From positions 17,980,001-18,044,000 of the forward strand of contig OZ365112.1 of the NCBI GenBank assembly GCA_977030845.1: a stretch of 64,000 bases of DNA, in the 5' to 3' direction. This DNA is from Fimbriosthenelais zetlandica. Lineage: Eukaryota. Below the pieces are notes generated by a model, which was not told the DNA's origin, made no database searches, and saw nothing but the letters and a program-made list of their open reading frames with translations. This document shows, one piece after another, positions 23,501 through 36,700 of the stretch (its first letter is position 1; every line of letters starts with the position of its first letter). Both the position numbers and the translations under genes were made by a program.

Positions 23501-26449
23501 GCACACAACAAGCTTTGGCCCGTTATATTCATATAAAAATTAATAATTCCCGACTGTTTTATGAAGAAGATTGATCAGCTAAAATCTGCAGCATTTATCT
23601 TGGTGATTTATTGGAGAAAAAGCTCGCTTGGTGTAATTTGCTGTTCATGAGACTGGAAGAAAATACCAAGCGATTATGCTTATTAACAGTCAGCATAATA
23701 TGTGTCGTGAATCGAGAATACAAGCATGTGTTAATAGACTTCTTGTTCCATGATGCATATGATGCAAGTCTGCCTTAAGCTTTGTGATTCTGATATTGTG
23801 GTCTGTGGGAATTCAGGCGTGGCAGCAACCTGCACATTTGGTACCATCTGATAATTTCCATTATGTTACACAGCTGTTCTGGACTATTCTTATCTATAAT
23901 GAAACGTATCCCTGATATACACTATGATTTTTAGCTTTACGATGCTTGTATCAAATTCTGTCAGTCGGAATGTTTGTCATCTAAACATCCAACGGTTCAT
24001 TTATGTACGTATTCACTTATCCATTGATCAGTCCATCGGTTCGTCCATCCATGAATCAATTGCCTCCTTATATTCTGCTTTCTAATAGTATGGTCAACAT
24101 AACTCTAACCTGATCGCTATAACCTCCTCTATATTCATTTGATGATTATTGTTACGCTTGACGACAGAATATACTTCTGTTCTGGTCTTTGAGAGCACAG
24201 GATGAAACGTGGTTGCAGGGAAAGTGGCCCTCTGTTAAGGCCCCTTACAGTATTATTAGATTCTACTATTCTTTGAGGGGAGAAAGGCCTTCTTTAGATC
24301 CAATTTCCATCGATATTCGAAATCCATTACGCGGGTATTGCATTGTTCTACTTGAATTTAACTCATGTAATAACAGATTGATTAACTCATAGAGCTGAAT
24401 GGCCATGCTTTGAGAGAGGACGAATGGTCTTCTTAAAGCTGTAGAGTTCTCTTGGATCTTCCTTTCATCAAGTGAGTTATCTTTAATTGCTATTCACGTG
24501 TTTCTTTTGGAAAAGTTTCACTGAAAGCATCAATTTCGTGATCTTGATGCACAAGCCCTGTATGGTGCTTCTAACTGTTGCTTTCATATTCGAAATTGAA
24601 GCGATTTCATTATAGAAACGTTGGGGTTTGGGGCACTAATGGAAGGACATCTTCCCGACTATTGATACTGTGGAACCATTTGAGCTTCATCATTTTATGA
24701 TGGCTGATTGATGTCTCACCTGAATGTATTGTATGTGAAGTGTCTCAACTGGCGCCAGTGTATTAAGATAAGGATATCATTGGATTAATATCATTTCCAT
24801 TCATACCTTCGAAAATGAGGCCAGGCTGATCAAAGTGATAAAACATGGCAGGCGACGCTTCTTGTGTGAAAGTACTACTGAGGCTTTGGCAGATCAAATG
24901 CTTTCAGCCAAAGGCAACTAGAGAGTAAAGTCCATTCATTATTGAGGGCACATCAGACTTGAATCTTCTCCTTGCGTCCACTGATGTCGCCTTGGCGACA
25001 GTAGGCAGATCAAAACGAATCATTACTTGCCCATCTTCAGAGGCAACTCGCCAACATGGAACTTGTGTAAACCTGTCTCCTCCAAATAAGGGCAGGCAAA
25101 TGGCTGTTATAGTGCAATATTGGGGCCTAGGCAGTCCATGAAATTCGCTATCCAAGGTGGGAAAAGACATGATTTGGAAACGCATACATGGTATTAGATA
25201 AAGGTTACTTTAATTGCAGGCATCAATTCTTAACTCTTCAATGTAATAGATTATTCCAACTATTTAACCTAAATACTATAACAAAAAGTCGACATCAAGA
25301 ACATTAGATCCTGAATATAATGATTCCTTAGCTGTGGTAAATATGAAGATTAGACGAAGTACCTGGGATACTTATTAACCTATTGCTTTTCTGTGTCAAA
25401 GTGAAACATTTGGTTTTCGCCAGGGGTTGCATTGACAGACCGCCTCTTTGAAATGTCAGTCTTCGACCTATGCCATGTCTAATAAGATTAAACACGAATT
25501 TCAGATTTTGTACTTGCATAAAGAGAAAAAAGAAAACTTCACACACTTCTCTTGTTCCCGTAGTTGCCCCATGGATCAACTTCAGATTTCGGAGCTAAAT
25601 GTCACCACGTAAGTCAAATACTAAACCACTGATGAATCCCAAAGTCAGACCACAAAACATTAACCTGGGAACATTAGTATGTGTTACTATATTAACACGT
25701 TCCTCCAAAATAGCTTTTTAATCCAATCTGTAAGGTCTAAGGTTAGGTACACACAAGCATCACTTTCATACACTTTAAAATAAGTCCGTTATAGTCATTC
25801 AGGTTATGTGATTGCCAAAAGTTACAAAAGTATTTTATTCATTATAAAACTCTTGATTTGATAATTAGCCGCGTCGGCTTAAGCCCTCAAAATGATGCCA
25901 CTTTCATCCAGCATGTTAATTATTGACTGAATTTCTCGGATAGTTGAGCAGAGATTTTGACGAATCTTGTCTCCATTGTGTACTTCATGATCTCGGTAGA
26001 GATTGCTTCTGAGGTTCTAATTATGTGGGCCTTTATTTGATCTCTTTGGAGTATTCCTTATTCGCATGCTGAAGTGATTTTATGGATCCGGAGTGACTCA
26101 AACTGCAAGGAATCAGCTGTCATAGTCTATTAAGAGAATGGAGAAACTAGTTCTATCGCACTGCACCCTCAATAAACTTTCAAGTTGCCAAAAATTACTT
26201 TGGTAATATCCTGTGGATGTCCTTGCAATCAAATGTAATAGTCTCACTATAATTCCGAAGGAAGTGAACTTCAAAGGAGCCATAAGGGTCATGCGTTTCA
26301 TAATTTATCCTCTATAATGATACTAAGTCATTATGAAAAGAAAGGAGAGAAATTTCATGTAAGAAGAACTACTGTCGTTTTGAGATTTCACCAATCACCA
26401 AAATATCTTATTCTGATAATTGTCATCCAAAAAGGCTTCCTTTGCCAGG

Positions 26450-27310
26450 TTTTAAATGTGTCACGTAAAGATTCATTATTTTGTTTTTTGTTGTAATAAG
26501 CAGTCTTAAAGAGGGACATGAAAGAAGAGGCCTAACTCTCATAAGAGATGAAACCATTAGTTTATCTCCTTGTCCTCTTGAACTCATTGAACTAGTGCTG
26601 TGTTTCGGTCCTGAAGAAGCCACTCTATACTTGCTGACAGACGCTCTTTTGCTCTTGTTCATAGGTCAATTGTTTATTACACATTGCACTTTTTATACAT
26701 CGATATTTAGGACGATTCAAAGTGGAGATGATCCTTTAACTTTTTCGCCAAGGAAGCTCCTTTGTCTCTTTTAGTGCTAAAGTGATCTTCTCCATCTATT
26801 TGCATCATTCAGAGAAGATATTTTGCCACTTCTGGAGTTCCTCTGGAGTGTAACAAAATGTCAAGGGACAGTTCTCATTAGATCAGTTGAGGGGAGGACA
26901 AAGGCATAGGGAGGTGGAACTTCAATTAGGCACAAATTGGCCTCTATATTTGCTTCTATTTTGTCAGAGGCATTTGCATCATATCTGTAATTACCAGTTA
27001 CAACATACTTTAATAATATTCTAAAATAATTGTGAATTATAGGCTTAGGTCTGTAGAGGATTGTAGGATTATCAATCACTTTCTTGACTTCTCTTTTCCT
27101 TTATCAGAGGATACGGCCTTCATGCCTAGAATTGCTGAGGATTTTAGCTTCAATCATGTGTTCTTTCATGCCACGTGGTCCTCTCCAACCAATGTCAACC
27201 TCAGCTTGAAGCCGGTGAAGGGAATTCTTCCCTGATACCATAGCAACGGCAGGAACCATGTGCCGGCCAAGAGATCAGATGCCTCTCCTTTGATAAACCG
27301 TTGTAACTTT
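26450..27310 (-). mobile_element. Decayed Gypsy-like RNase H / pol fragment
   Basis: FIKGEASDLLAGTW (~27290, cf. F.L.TDASD.G.GA.L), YRYDANASDK (~26980, cf. N..ADALSR) and VQEDKEI (~26580, cf. Q..D..L) are in the expected pol order; possibly the same element as the 23.2-kb integrase piece. Confidence 0.4.
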
Positions 27311-28531
27311 GCAATTCATAGGCAATCGATGCATTGTTGTGCGAGGCATTGATGTCCAAAGCACGATCTCGCCACAAAGCCGAGACGATATGTGCATTCC
27401 TCTCGTTTACTGGCTTCCTTGTTTTGCAGTCATTCCACACCCAACAATCGCCATATTATGGACGTTACTTGTGACCTCTTGCTTGGTGTCAGCATCCCCA
27501 GGGGGATGGAATGATGGTGGTAGTTACCACGAACCAGAAACTCGCCTAATGTTTATGCAGAGTTACATGTTGGGACATTATATTACATGCCAGCAGTTGG
27601 AACTGAATACATGTATACATGCTCATTTCTTGCATGGGCAGATTGAGGCGCCTGATTGGACTTTAAAAATAGCCAGAAGGCGGCAATATAATCAAAGTAA
27701 TACATGTAAAAGAATAATCACTATAGATGGACTCCGTCTCTTTCTTAATTAATAATATATTTAAAGGTGAAAAAGTACATCTTCTGATCTGAAGTGATTG
27801 ATGATATGTATGAAAAAACCTCATTTATAAAACCAGTAACCATTAAGGAGTTCCTAGTTTGCTTTGGACTATATAACATTAAAGGCTAACAGTACTGTTG
27901 TTCATTAGTGCTGCCGGCATGCTAGAAGAATCAGAAACCGTTCACGGGAAGACAAACCAAACGGAACATTTGAAGCTTTTTCTCGGGGCACGTTATCAAT
28001 TATGGTTGTGGTCCGGGGCGGATACCTTCCCTAAAGGTTATTTCTGATATGGGATAGCTGGGAAGGCCTCGACTGGGTAAACTTAAGATGAAGATGGGGA
28101 CGGATCTGACTCGCATTCTGATCGTTTCCTTTTTATCTCCATGAGGGAGATGCATTGATCGAGGGAACCGTTAGTGCTACGACATATTTTCCTCATATTT
28201 TTGTTGCAATTCGTTTTTAACCAAATTATGAATCATGAATTTAATCATATTGAACAAAATTTAACAAAATCAGGTTTCATCAAAGGGACCATGGTCTCTC
28301 CAGGCCTCCAGCCTATTCGCTTGTTTCCAATCTACACCATTCTTTCAACCAACCCTCCCTGTATTTCCTCTGGTATAATACACGCAAGAAAACATACAAT
28401 GAACTTGATCCCAGTCAGAATTTGGCGTAGCAAATATTGGACTTATTAATAAAGGGACTGGCGGCATATGTTACATGACGGCAGTAGAGTCTCCGGCTTG
28501 GATACAAATTAAAGCTAGGGATAGAAGCGTT

Positions 28532-28608
28532 CCACCCTCCATCTGTGCTGGCCCTTCGCCAGCACAGATGGGGGTGGGTTGTGGGTGGAGGGGGGGGGGC
28601 GGGGTGGG
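28532..28608. repeat. GC-rich inverted repeat followed by a G-run
   Basis: CCACCCTCCATCTGTGCTGGC-ccttc-GCCAGCACAGATGGGGGTGG: 14-bp perfect stem plus 6 bp after a 1-nt bulge; G-tracts continue to 28608. Confidence 0.75.
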
Positions 28609-29580
28609 TTTCTATTGGCTGCTTTAATAAATCTTTGCAAACCTGGCAGCATGTATAATACTAGCCCTATATATATATGGCAGTAGCCTACTTCCTCTTA
28701 TTGGATACATGTCGAGTGCGTAAGTCAATATAAAGAACAAAAGGTGTGAGGGGCTTCATCATTTGGGTACGCACATTGTCCTAGTATAATTATGGACAAT
28801 AGGCTAAGTTGTTTAATTCAAAATAATAGATTATTGATTAAATATTATTATGAATGCCTGTATCATTGAACTTGCAGGAATCACATTATTTTTAATGGAG
28901 GTATTAGACCCCTATACCATACAATCAGTCCGAGGTGACTAGATGATATTCGATTGACTTGAAAACTTATGTGGACAACATCTAGCCTATTAAGTCATGT
29001 CAGAAATAGGCGTACTGACATGATATGACCGATCATCCACAGTGCCTGCATCTCCACATTATAGTGTCACCTCCTGCCGGATGCATTCATTGATGCAAGC
29101 GAAAAATCATATCCGGTCTAGCTAGAATGAGTGACGTGGAGAGGCGTACATGTCGCTCTTGAGAAGGCTATTTGCCATGGTAATCAAGCCTCTCTGTCGG
29201 CACAGCAGATCTGGCCTTTCCTTGCTGCATGATTAGCTTCATCACTATTTATTTGTCATGTTATATGTAGGGCCTACTCTGAGATCTGGACACAGGTAGG
29301 CTTATGATATGAAATCTCCAAATAGCTGGGGCAATGCTTTAGGTCCATTCCGCTAAATATTAGGCCGAGGCTTATAGGTCCCTATCAGAAAATCATTTGT
29401 TCAAAGCATTTGTGCTGGGTTTCCACCGTCTGTCCTTTCCTTCCTTCCAAAGACATAGTTCTATAGGGAATCAGAGGCTTCTAGGCCTGCCATAGAGAAT
29501 CTAGGCCCTATCTAAGGGGAATCAGACATGTTTTCATGGAGATCAAAAGGTTAGGCTATATATGCCCCACCTAGGCCTAC

Positions 29581-30474
29581 CCATTGAAGGCCTCCTACGA
29601 AAAAAATAAACAATAAATTAAGCAGGTTCCACTCCTAGCTCACTTCTGTCTTTGTAGGCCTATGCTACTGTCATTTCGTTTTAAAACAAAATATTTTCGT
29701 TTTTCACGAGATAGAGACGAAAAACTAACCCTATCGCTGGTTCAGGTTGATCCCTGTAGCGCCCTCTCTCACTTAAGCCTTGTTCATCGACGGAAGATTC
29801 GGGAACTAAAGATTTTCAAGATGGCCGCCAAATTTACAGGATGGCACAAACCTCAGTTCAGCTTTTCGCCGCCTACTGGGAGGGCGGTAGTGTCGCTTCA
29901 TGACCATCCTCTTGAAGGCCTCCTACGAAAAAAAGACCCATGAATTAAGCAGATTCCACTCCTAGCTCACTCCTATCTTTGTAATGTTACTGTCATATCG
30001 TTTCAAAACAAAATATTCTAGTTTTTCACGAGATAGGGGCGAAAAACTAACCCTATCTCCAGTTCTGATCGATTCCTGTAGCGCCCTCTCCCACTTAAGC
30101 CTTGTTCATCGACGGAAGATTTGGGAACTAAAGATTTTCAAGATGGCCGCCGTGTTTACTTGATGGCACAAGCCTCAGTTCAGCTTTTTGCCGCTGGCCG
30201 GAAGGGCGGTAGCGTCGCTACATTCTCATCCACTTGAAGGCCTCCTACGCAAAAATAAAACAATAAATTGAGCTGATTCTACTCCTATCTCACTCCTGTC
30301 TTTGTAATGCTACCCTGATATCGTTTTGAAACAAAATATTTTCGTTTCTCATGAGATAGAGACGAAAAACTAACCCTTTCACTGGTTGAGGTTGATCCCT
30401 GTAGCGCCCTCTCTCACTTAAGCCTTGTTTATCGACGGAAGAATCGGGAACTAAAGATTTTCAAGATGGCCGCC
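29581..30474 (+). repeat. Three tandem ~322-328-bp copies of the MED27 promoter region
   Basis: GAAGGCCTCCTACG at 29586, 29914 and 30236. Each unit has AAAACAAAATATT, GAAAAACTAACCCT, CCTGTAGCGCCCTCT and ATCGACGGAAGA..GGGAACTAAAGATTTTCAAGATGGCCGCC. The third copy runs into the MED27 5' leader. Confidence 0.92.
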
Positions 30475-30536
30475 GGATTTACGAGGAGGACCAGCGCGCC
30501 GCCTACAGTCGCTCAGTGAAAACAACTACTACAACA

Positions 30537-32683
30537 ATGGCCGACACCGACACTATACTCGCCGCAATCAAGGCAACACAGGAGTTACGAGCAAGTGTAG
30601 CACAAGTTTTTGAGCGATTAAGTGAGGGAATGAGAGAGTCTTCAAACCCATCTGGTACAGGGAATGCATTCTTGTCTGAAGTCAGACAAAACCTGATGGT
30701 TGTGAACCGTGATCTAGGGTAAGCTTATTATCTCCTATTATCGCTCACCGGCATCATGACTGAAGTAGGGGGACTATAATTAATGCTTTGTGTTGTAGGC
30801 CCTACACAGCAATATACACGACAAATACATTGCTGTGTATATGTACTATATGTCCTTAGATATTATTGTTGTGTTCTGGTTTATATACATACAGTTGTTT
30901 GGCTGGAAACAATCTAAAACAGTGACCTCTTTTAATGCCTTTTTGGCTGCCCTGTGACAGGGCCTGTCCCCAGCATCATGATCAGCCCCCCCCCCCCCCC
31001 CCCCCGCCCCCCGACTATTGTAAGCAGGTCTGAAATCTATATGGTCATTCTAAACTATAGTGGGCGCATATTACACCGAAGACAATATGTCTGTCTTACA
31101 GAGAAATCGAAAAATGCGGAACCATACTGTCAGGATCTAACGCCCCCCTGAGTCTGGGTAACAGCAGTGTATTGACGCTGGACCCCATCCTTGACAAATC
31201 TCCCATCTTCGGTCAAGTTCTGCAGGCCTATAAATGGTCATCCAAGGTAAGGAAAAAGATTATTTTAGATACGTAGCCTTCCTGAATATTTTATATCAAT
31301 TATGAGTACCGGTATTTCGTGGGCCTAATATACAATCGTGTTGCATTTGAAAAATAACTCAAATTTTTCTTTGGGACCAAATTTATGAAAATAAGATCTG
31401 GAAACCTTCCTATAATATGTCTCAGGTCTTGTATAACAGTATTCAATTATGTGTTTTCCCTTTTAGCTTCATGAACATTCTAGTATCGCCGCTACACTCC
31501 TCCACCAGAACAACCCTAATACCAAACGATCACAGTCTTCTTCTGCTTTGGCTAACAAACGTTTACGAAAGGGCCACATAGGCAGCCACACATGTCTCCC
31601 TCAGTAAGTTATTATCTAGGTTATCTATTTATTCATGACGTCTAGGTCCTAAGATTCAATTACTGTAATGTTCTTCTTTTCTATATACATGTAGGCATCC
31701 ATGTATTTATTTCTCTGTTTTTAGGGCTGTGGACAATCTCATTGTCAAGTTAGATAGTCTCTTCCCTGATATGACCCTCGTGTCCACTCGACCCCTTGGC
31801 AGTCCTGCTGTCTTACAGGTAACACACTTAAGATTAGTTAAGAAACAATGATTTTATCTATCGATTTGCTTTCTACTATTTATCACTTTATTAGGAATAA
31901 CTGAAGGTTTTATCATATTAAAATATTATTATGTTACAGATCACTTTAGGACGTACGTTAAAAGCTGTAGTGGTTCTACGAGGTTTGATTATTGAATGGG
32001 TTACCGTCAGAAGTTATGGTGAACCATTTCACACAGAAAATGGCAAAGTATGAAATATTTTATGCAAGTAAAATGGTATTCTTAAGTAGGATGTACAAAT
32101 CCCTTCACAAGTATGTTAAATACATCAACTGTTACTACCCGGTACTCACTGATCTTGTTTTCACCATAATCTGTAATTTAACATTTTTCAGCTCGATATT
32201 TGGTCCAAGTCTCGCTATGCTGTGTTCCAGAAAGTAAGTATAGTGGCAATGTCATAAACATACATTGATGGAAAACGCTCAGAATAGGTCATTGACAAAT
32301 ATTTATAACCATTTACCCGGTACATATTTTAAAGATATAATTATTTGTCCTTTAGGTGACAGATCATACAAGCGCTGGTATGCTCCATTTTTACGCCCCT
32401 CAAATCCCAGAAATAGCCGTCAGGTCTTTCCTGGTAAGTTTATATATAAGATCTTCTGTATAAGTTTTCTTGTTTGTATATATCACTTTAATCTAAATAA
32501 ATTATATCCGTGTTCATTAACATATTCATACGAATTTGTTTATTACAGACATGGTTCCACAGTTATAATGGACTCTTCACCACACCTTGTCATAAATGTG
32601 GGAAATTCCTCCAAGATAACCTGCCCCCTACATGGAGAGATTTCAGAACACTATTACCTTACCACGAATACTGCCGACCTTAA
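30537..32683 (+). CDS. MED27: Mediator complex subunit 27, 306 aa, 8 exons
   Basis: join(30537..30718,31102..31246,31467..31603,31725..31818,31940..32047,32192..32233,32356..32433,32549..32683); all introns GT-AG and in phase. Motifs match human MED27 as I recall it: QELRASVAQVF, VNRDL, LDP..QAYKWS, LDIWSKS.Y.VFQKVTDH, PC.KCGKFLQD.LPPTWRDFRT..YH..C. Confidence 0.96.
30986..31011. repeat. Poly-C tract in MED27 intron 1
   Basis: Near-pure run of about 26 C residues (G-quadruplex potential on the minus strand). Confidence 0.8.
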
Positions 32684-33359
32684 TAATGACTGCCCTTAAT
32701 GGGAAGAAGAGACAATTACATTATAGTAGTGTAGATGTTCTAGTTAGGTTCAAATGAAAAAAGGACTTACCGGTAAGTTATTTTGGTATACGTAACTTAG
32801 AGTTAAGTCTGTCTGAACTCCTAAATACATTATTTCATCTTATGGTGCTGTAACACCTATTTTAATTAAATAAGCAAGTGCCCACTTAAATAAACATAAA
32901 TACATGTAACATGTTCTTGGTGTTTCCCTACTGAACCATGTAGGTTTAGAACTATAGCTTTGGAGCACATCTCCAAAGAATTGATAACTCATCTAGCTTA
33001 TATCACCCTGGTTTAGAAATTAATCACTTGCTCTATTCTGACAAATTTGATACTGTACATTAATATTTCTGGAATAGTAATACGGTTATATGTGGGTGCT
33101 ATCAAAAACCCTTAACTATTCTATTCATCACATAGATCTATATTTTATTGAAAGAAGAGTTTATTATTCGATCGGAATCTTTATATGCTATATAGTAATT
33201 CAACACACGTTTACATAATATTTGATTTTTTTTTGCTTAAGTAATATTCATAAAAATAGAATTTGATATTGAAGAATACATTAAGCACAGCTAATAACAT
33301 GGACTAGGATTAGACTATATATATATGTATATATTAATTGCACTACATAACTATAAGCA

Positions 33360-33645
33360 GCACTAGGAGAGCGCAGACTTCTGCCAAGCCATAGGGTTAC
33401 TCACCAGCCCTATCTCCCAATAGTAAAGATTCCTAATTACATGTATTCCTAATATAGTAACAAATTCCTGGATCCAGACGGTGATCCAGATCATCCGCAA
33501 AATTTAAACACCTGTACCTTATCCCATTTTTGACATTTCCTAATAATATTCTCAAAATCGTTACATAACTGAGGTAATTATGTTGCTGACAGACAGACAA
33601 ACCATGTTGCCGAAAATATAACCTCGGCCTAGGCGGAGGTAATAA
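33360..33645 (+). mobile_element. Helentron-associated non-autonomous element (HINE/DINE-1-like)
   Basis: GGATCCAGACGGTGATCCAGATCA..CAAAATTTAA core, (GACA)n microsatellite, and 3' palindrome ACCTCGGCCTAGGCGGAGGT (33621-33640) after AAAATATA. This layout is typical of that family. Confidence 0.65.
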
Positions 33646-33798
33646 CGTTACCCCCTATACTTATGCCACGTCTCTATCTCAGTATTTGAGGTACAGTACA
33701 CACACATTCTGTCAAATCAAAACCCGTCTCTGGACCCCCACAGATTTCCTTCTACATATCACAGAAGAATTATAGTAGTTCTGCTGCCTGAGCTGAAG

Positions 33799-36700
33799 TT
33801 AGGCCTCGCTCGCATCCACCTTAATTGTCATGCTCTCCCCGGCAAACTCTGTAGGTGCCGTGGATTTGGAAGTTGTCTTGAAACTTGCAGTCATGTAATG
33901 AATTGAGTCGTTCTTCTTGTCCTTCCTTTGTCTTCTCAATTCCCGCCTGTCCTTCCTATTTCTCTCCTTTTCTTCTTGTTTTAGTCTTGCTTCCTCCTCC
34001 CTTCTTTTGGCTTCCCGCCTTTTCTCTTTTCTGGCTTCCCTTCTCTCCTCTTTTTCCTTCTTGCTTCTCTTGGATCTCTTTGGGTCATCCACTTCCTTTG
34101 CTGGTTCATCTTTGAGAGGAAGGTCTCGTATTGCTGTAGTCCTGACCACGCTGGTATAAAGATCATCATAGGAGTACACCGAGTCCTGTCTAACAGTGGC
34201 CACCCGATAATCTGGATACAATATTAACATTTCATTAGAATCTCCCAACTTCTTGTCATCAATTGCAATGAGAACTTTTTTATAGTCATCTAAATGCTAT
34301 CACTGTTGCTGAGGGGGTACATGTAGTAGGGATAGACCTATTTCTTTCCGACACTTGGAATAGTTTAGTGACTGGTATCTAGCTATGTAGATATTAGTAT
34401 GCCTACCTCGGTTATGAACTGGCACCTCATATTCCCTGCTGCCTACGTTATGTGCTGATGTTTCTGAGTCTAATGCAGCTGTGGTAAGTGAAGATATTTT
34501 TAGTTAGAACCCATGTTAGTATATGTACATGGTTATACATTCAGGTCTACATCAAAACAGACATCAAGGTCTGGGGTCTATGTGTTATAGCTGTTAGTAT
34601 AATTGTTTGTGAGAATACTTTACTGAGTGAAATTTAAAGTAAGGTAACTTACTTGTGCTAGTTGTTGGGCTTTCTGTTTCTCCGTAGAAGGGACGATAGG
34701 CGTTAACATCTTTGATGTCAGTAGGGTGAATGTTCCTTCTCTTCCTGCCAGTCAAATACAACATGGTTGTTAGAAAACTCAACATACCTTAACAAACACA
34801 GCCTTGGGTGGCCAAGTGATATATCTACTATAAAGCTAGTATATATGCCCACCAATCCAAATTGTCTTTATAAAGAAATGTTTGGATTGTGAGAACTGAC
34901 ACATTGCCGCCCTATTCAACTAAAAAAACTGAACTTACTTATCATGATTGTGACACCAACAGCATATACCGATGAAAATAATAACCACCAGAACAAAAAC
35001 GGTACAGACGACAATTACAACTGAAAAGAAAACAAATTAATCCTTATTCATTTGTTAATTGATCCGTATTTTGTTCACACATGTTCTGATTACCTTTGAT
35101 GATATATATTTGATATTTTGAGGTATTGACAAAAAATCTCACCTATTCTAAACACATCCAGTTGGCCGTCTGCAGTGGAGGCCCCAGAGCTAGGTTCTAC
35201 CGAGGTTTGCTGTACCTCAGAGTCTGCCGTGGTTGTTGCTGCTGTTATTGTGGCCGTTGTAGCTACACTCCCATTTGCAGCTTGCGTATCTGTTACATTG
35301 TCTGCAATACATATCATTATGATGCCATTTAATCAAGGTTTTAAACTCATATAGACCCTTTTTAAAATGACTAGTATTAGTTACGAAGTAGTCTCAACCA
35401 CCATACAAGAAAGCTAAGCCGATTTGGGGAAGAATATAATCTGAAATTACAAACCATTGGCAGTTGTAGCCTCGATATTTCTTGGAATAGTTTGTGGTTC
35501 TGTATTCTGTGCTGAAACATTTAACAAAGCATTCAATTATTTCTTAATCTGCGTCCATTTGAGATTGCTCAGTTGAATATATTTTTTTTTTTATCAGATA
35601 TCACTCTTAAATATTCTTAATTTTACCCGAACTGCCAGCGAAACTTATAAAACCTATAAATAAAGGTCTCTGATAATTTATTCATTGATTCTTTTAAAAG
35701 ATATTTACCTATATAGCAGACATATGGTAGCTGTTGGTTGCAGTCATAGTCGTTCCATCCATAACGTTCTTGAGGGTTGGATTCAATAATCAAACACGAT
35801 TTCAGGTTTGACTGAGGTGCCGCAGACATAAATGATGTGTAAATGAATTCTTGGCCTGGAAATCATACCAAATGTTTAGTTTTATATAATGTTATATAAT
35901 TGGGCTAAGTTATACTAGCTAATGCAACTAAAGATAGTTATCACTTACCATCTAGCCATTTCCACAGCCGACCCACTAGCCCCATCCAGTATGGCGCCCT
36001 CGCTTGGATTTGATCCAGAATTGTCTTCAATTTATTAAAAGTGTCTGCTGAATCGATGGAGAGCAGGTCTCCAGACATGGCTCTACAGGTTTCCCTTGCT
36101 TTGAACCAGGTCTTCGTTAGCAGATTTTCTATATACACGCAGTGTGTATTTACCATGTAGTGGCTATTCCTATTCAGGGTACAGAAAATTGTTGCTGAAA
36201 AAAAAATGATAAATAGTCTTATTTCCCAATTGTGATTAGTTCTTATTTCTCACAATTTTCTATAATACTCTTGGCCATTGACTGGATTTACTCATTCTTT
36301 GTTCTGAATGAATTAGTTTGCTTCTAACGTGATTTATGAGAAGACTACTATACTTACGGACTTTACAGATGTAGTTCATTTTATCATGGCATGCTTTATC
36401 TCCCATCTTCCACATCCTCTCATTCCTATCCTCAAATATCTCAATGTTACCACATGACTGGTAGTCGTTAAAATCATTTGGTTGGTCATAGCCCCAATCC
36501 ACAAAGGCTCCTGGATCAGCACGAAGGGAAACATTGTTAATTTTTGTTCAGGTGTATAGTAAACGACTTTTAATTGGAAAATTGAAACTTGCGGGCAAGA
36601 TCTGCTGATTTCTGATAATATTTATAATAATATTACTAAATATTATTTATACGTACCACCAATCTTGTAAATAGTATTTTTGCTGGTTCCCCCACAATAT

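Noticed and set aside
24400-25200. Possible Sola-like DNA transposase relic (AFDL.K.....Y) on the minus strand
   Set aside because: Only one weak motif across broken frames; cannot be supported without a profile search.
29662-29943. 93-aa ORF in the promoter repeats
   Set aside because: Not kept open in the other copies; no recognisable domain.
29581-30474. CRISPR-like array
   Set aside because: Units are ~325 bp of continuous homology with no repeat-spacer structure, in a eukaryotic context.
33885-34169. Hydrophobic/Ser-rich + strand ORFs and an alternate-frame - strand ORF
   Set aside because: Low-complexity shadows of the E/R/K-rich last exon of receptor A.
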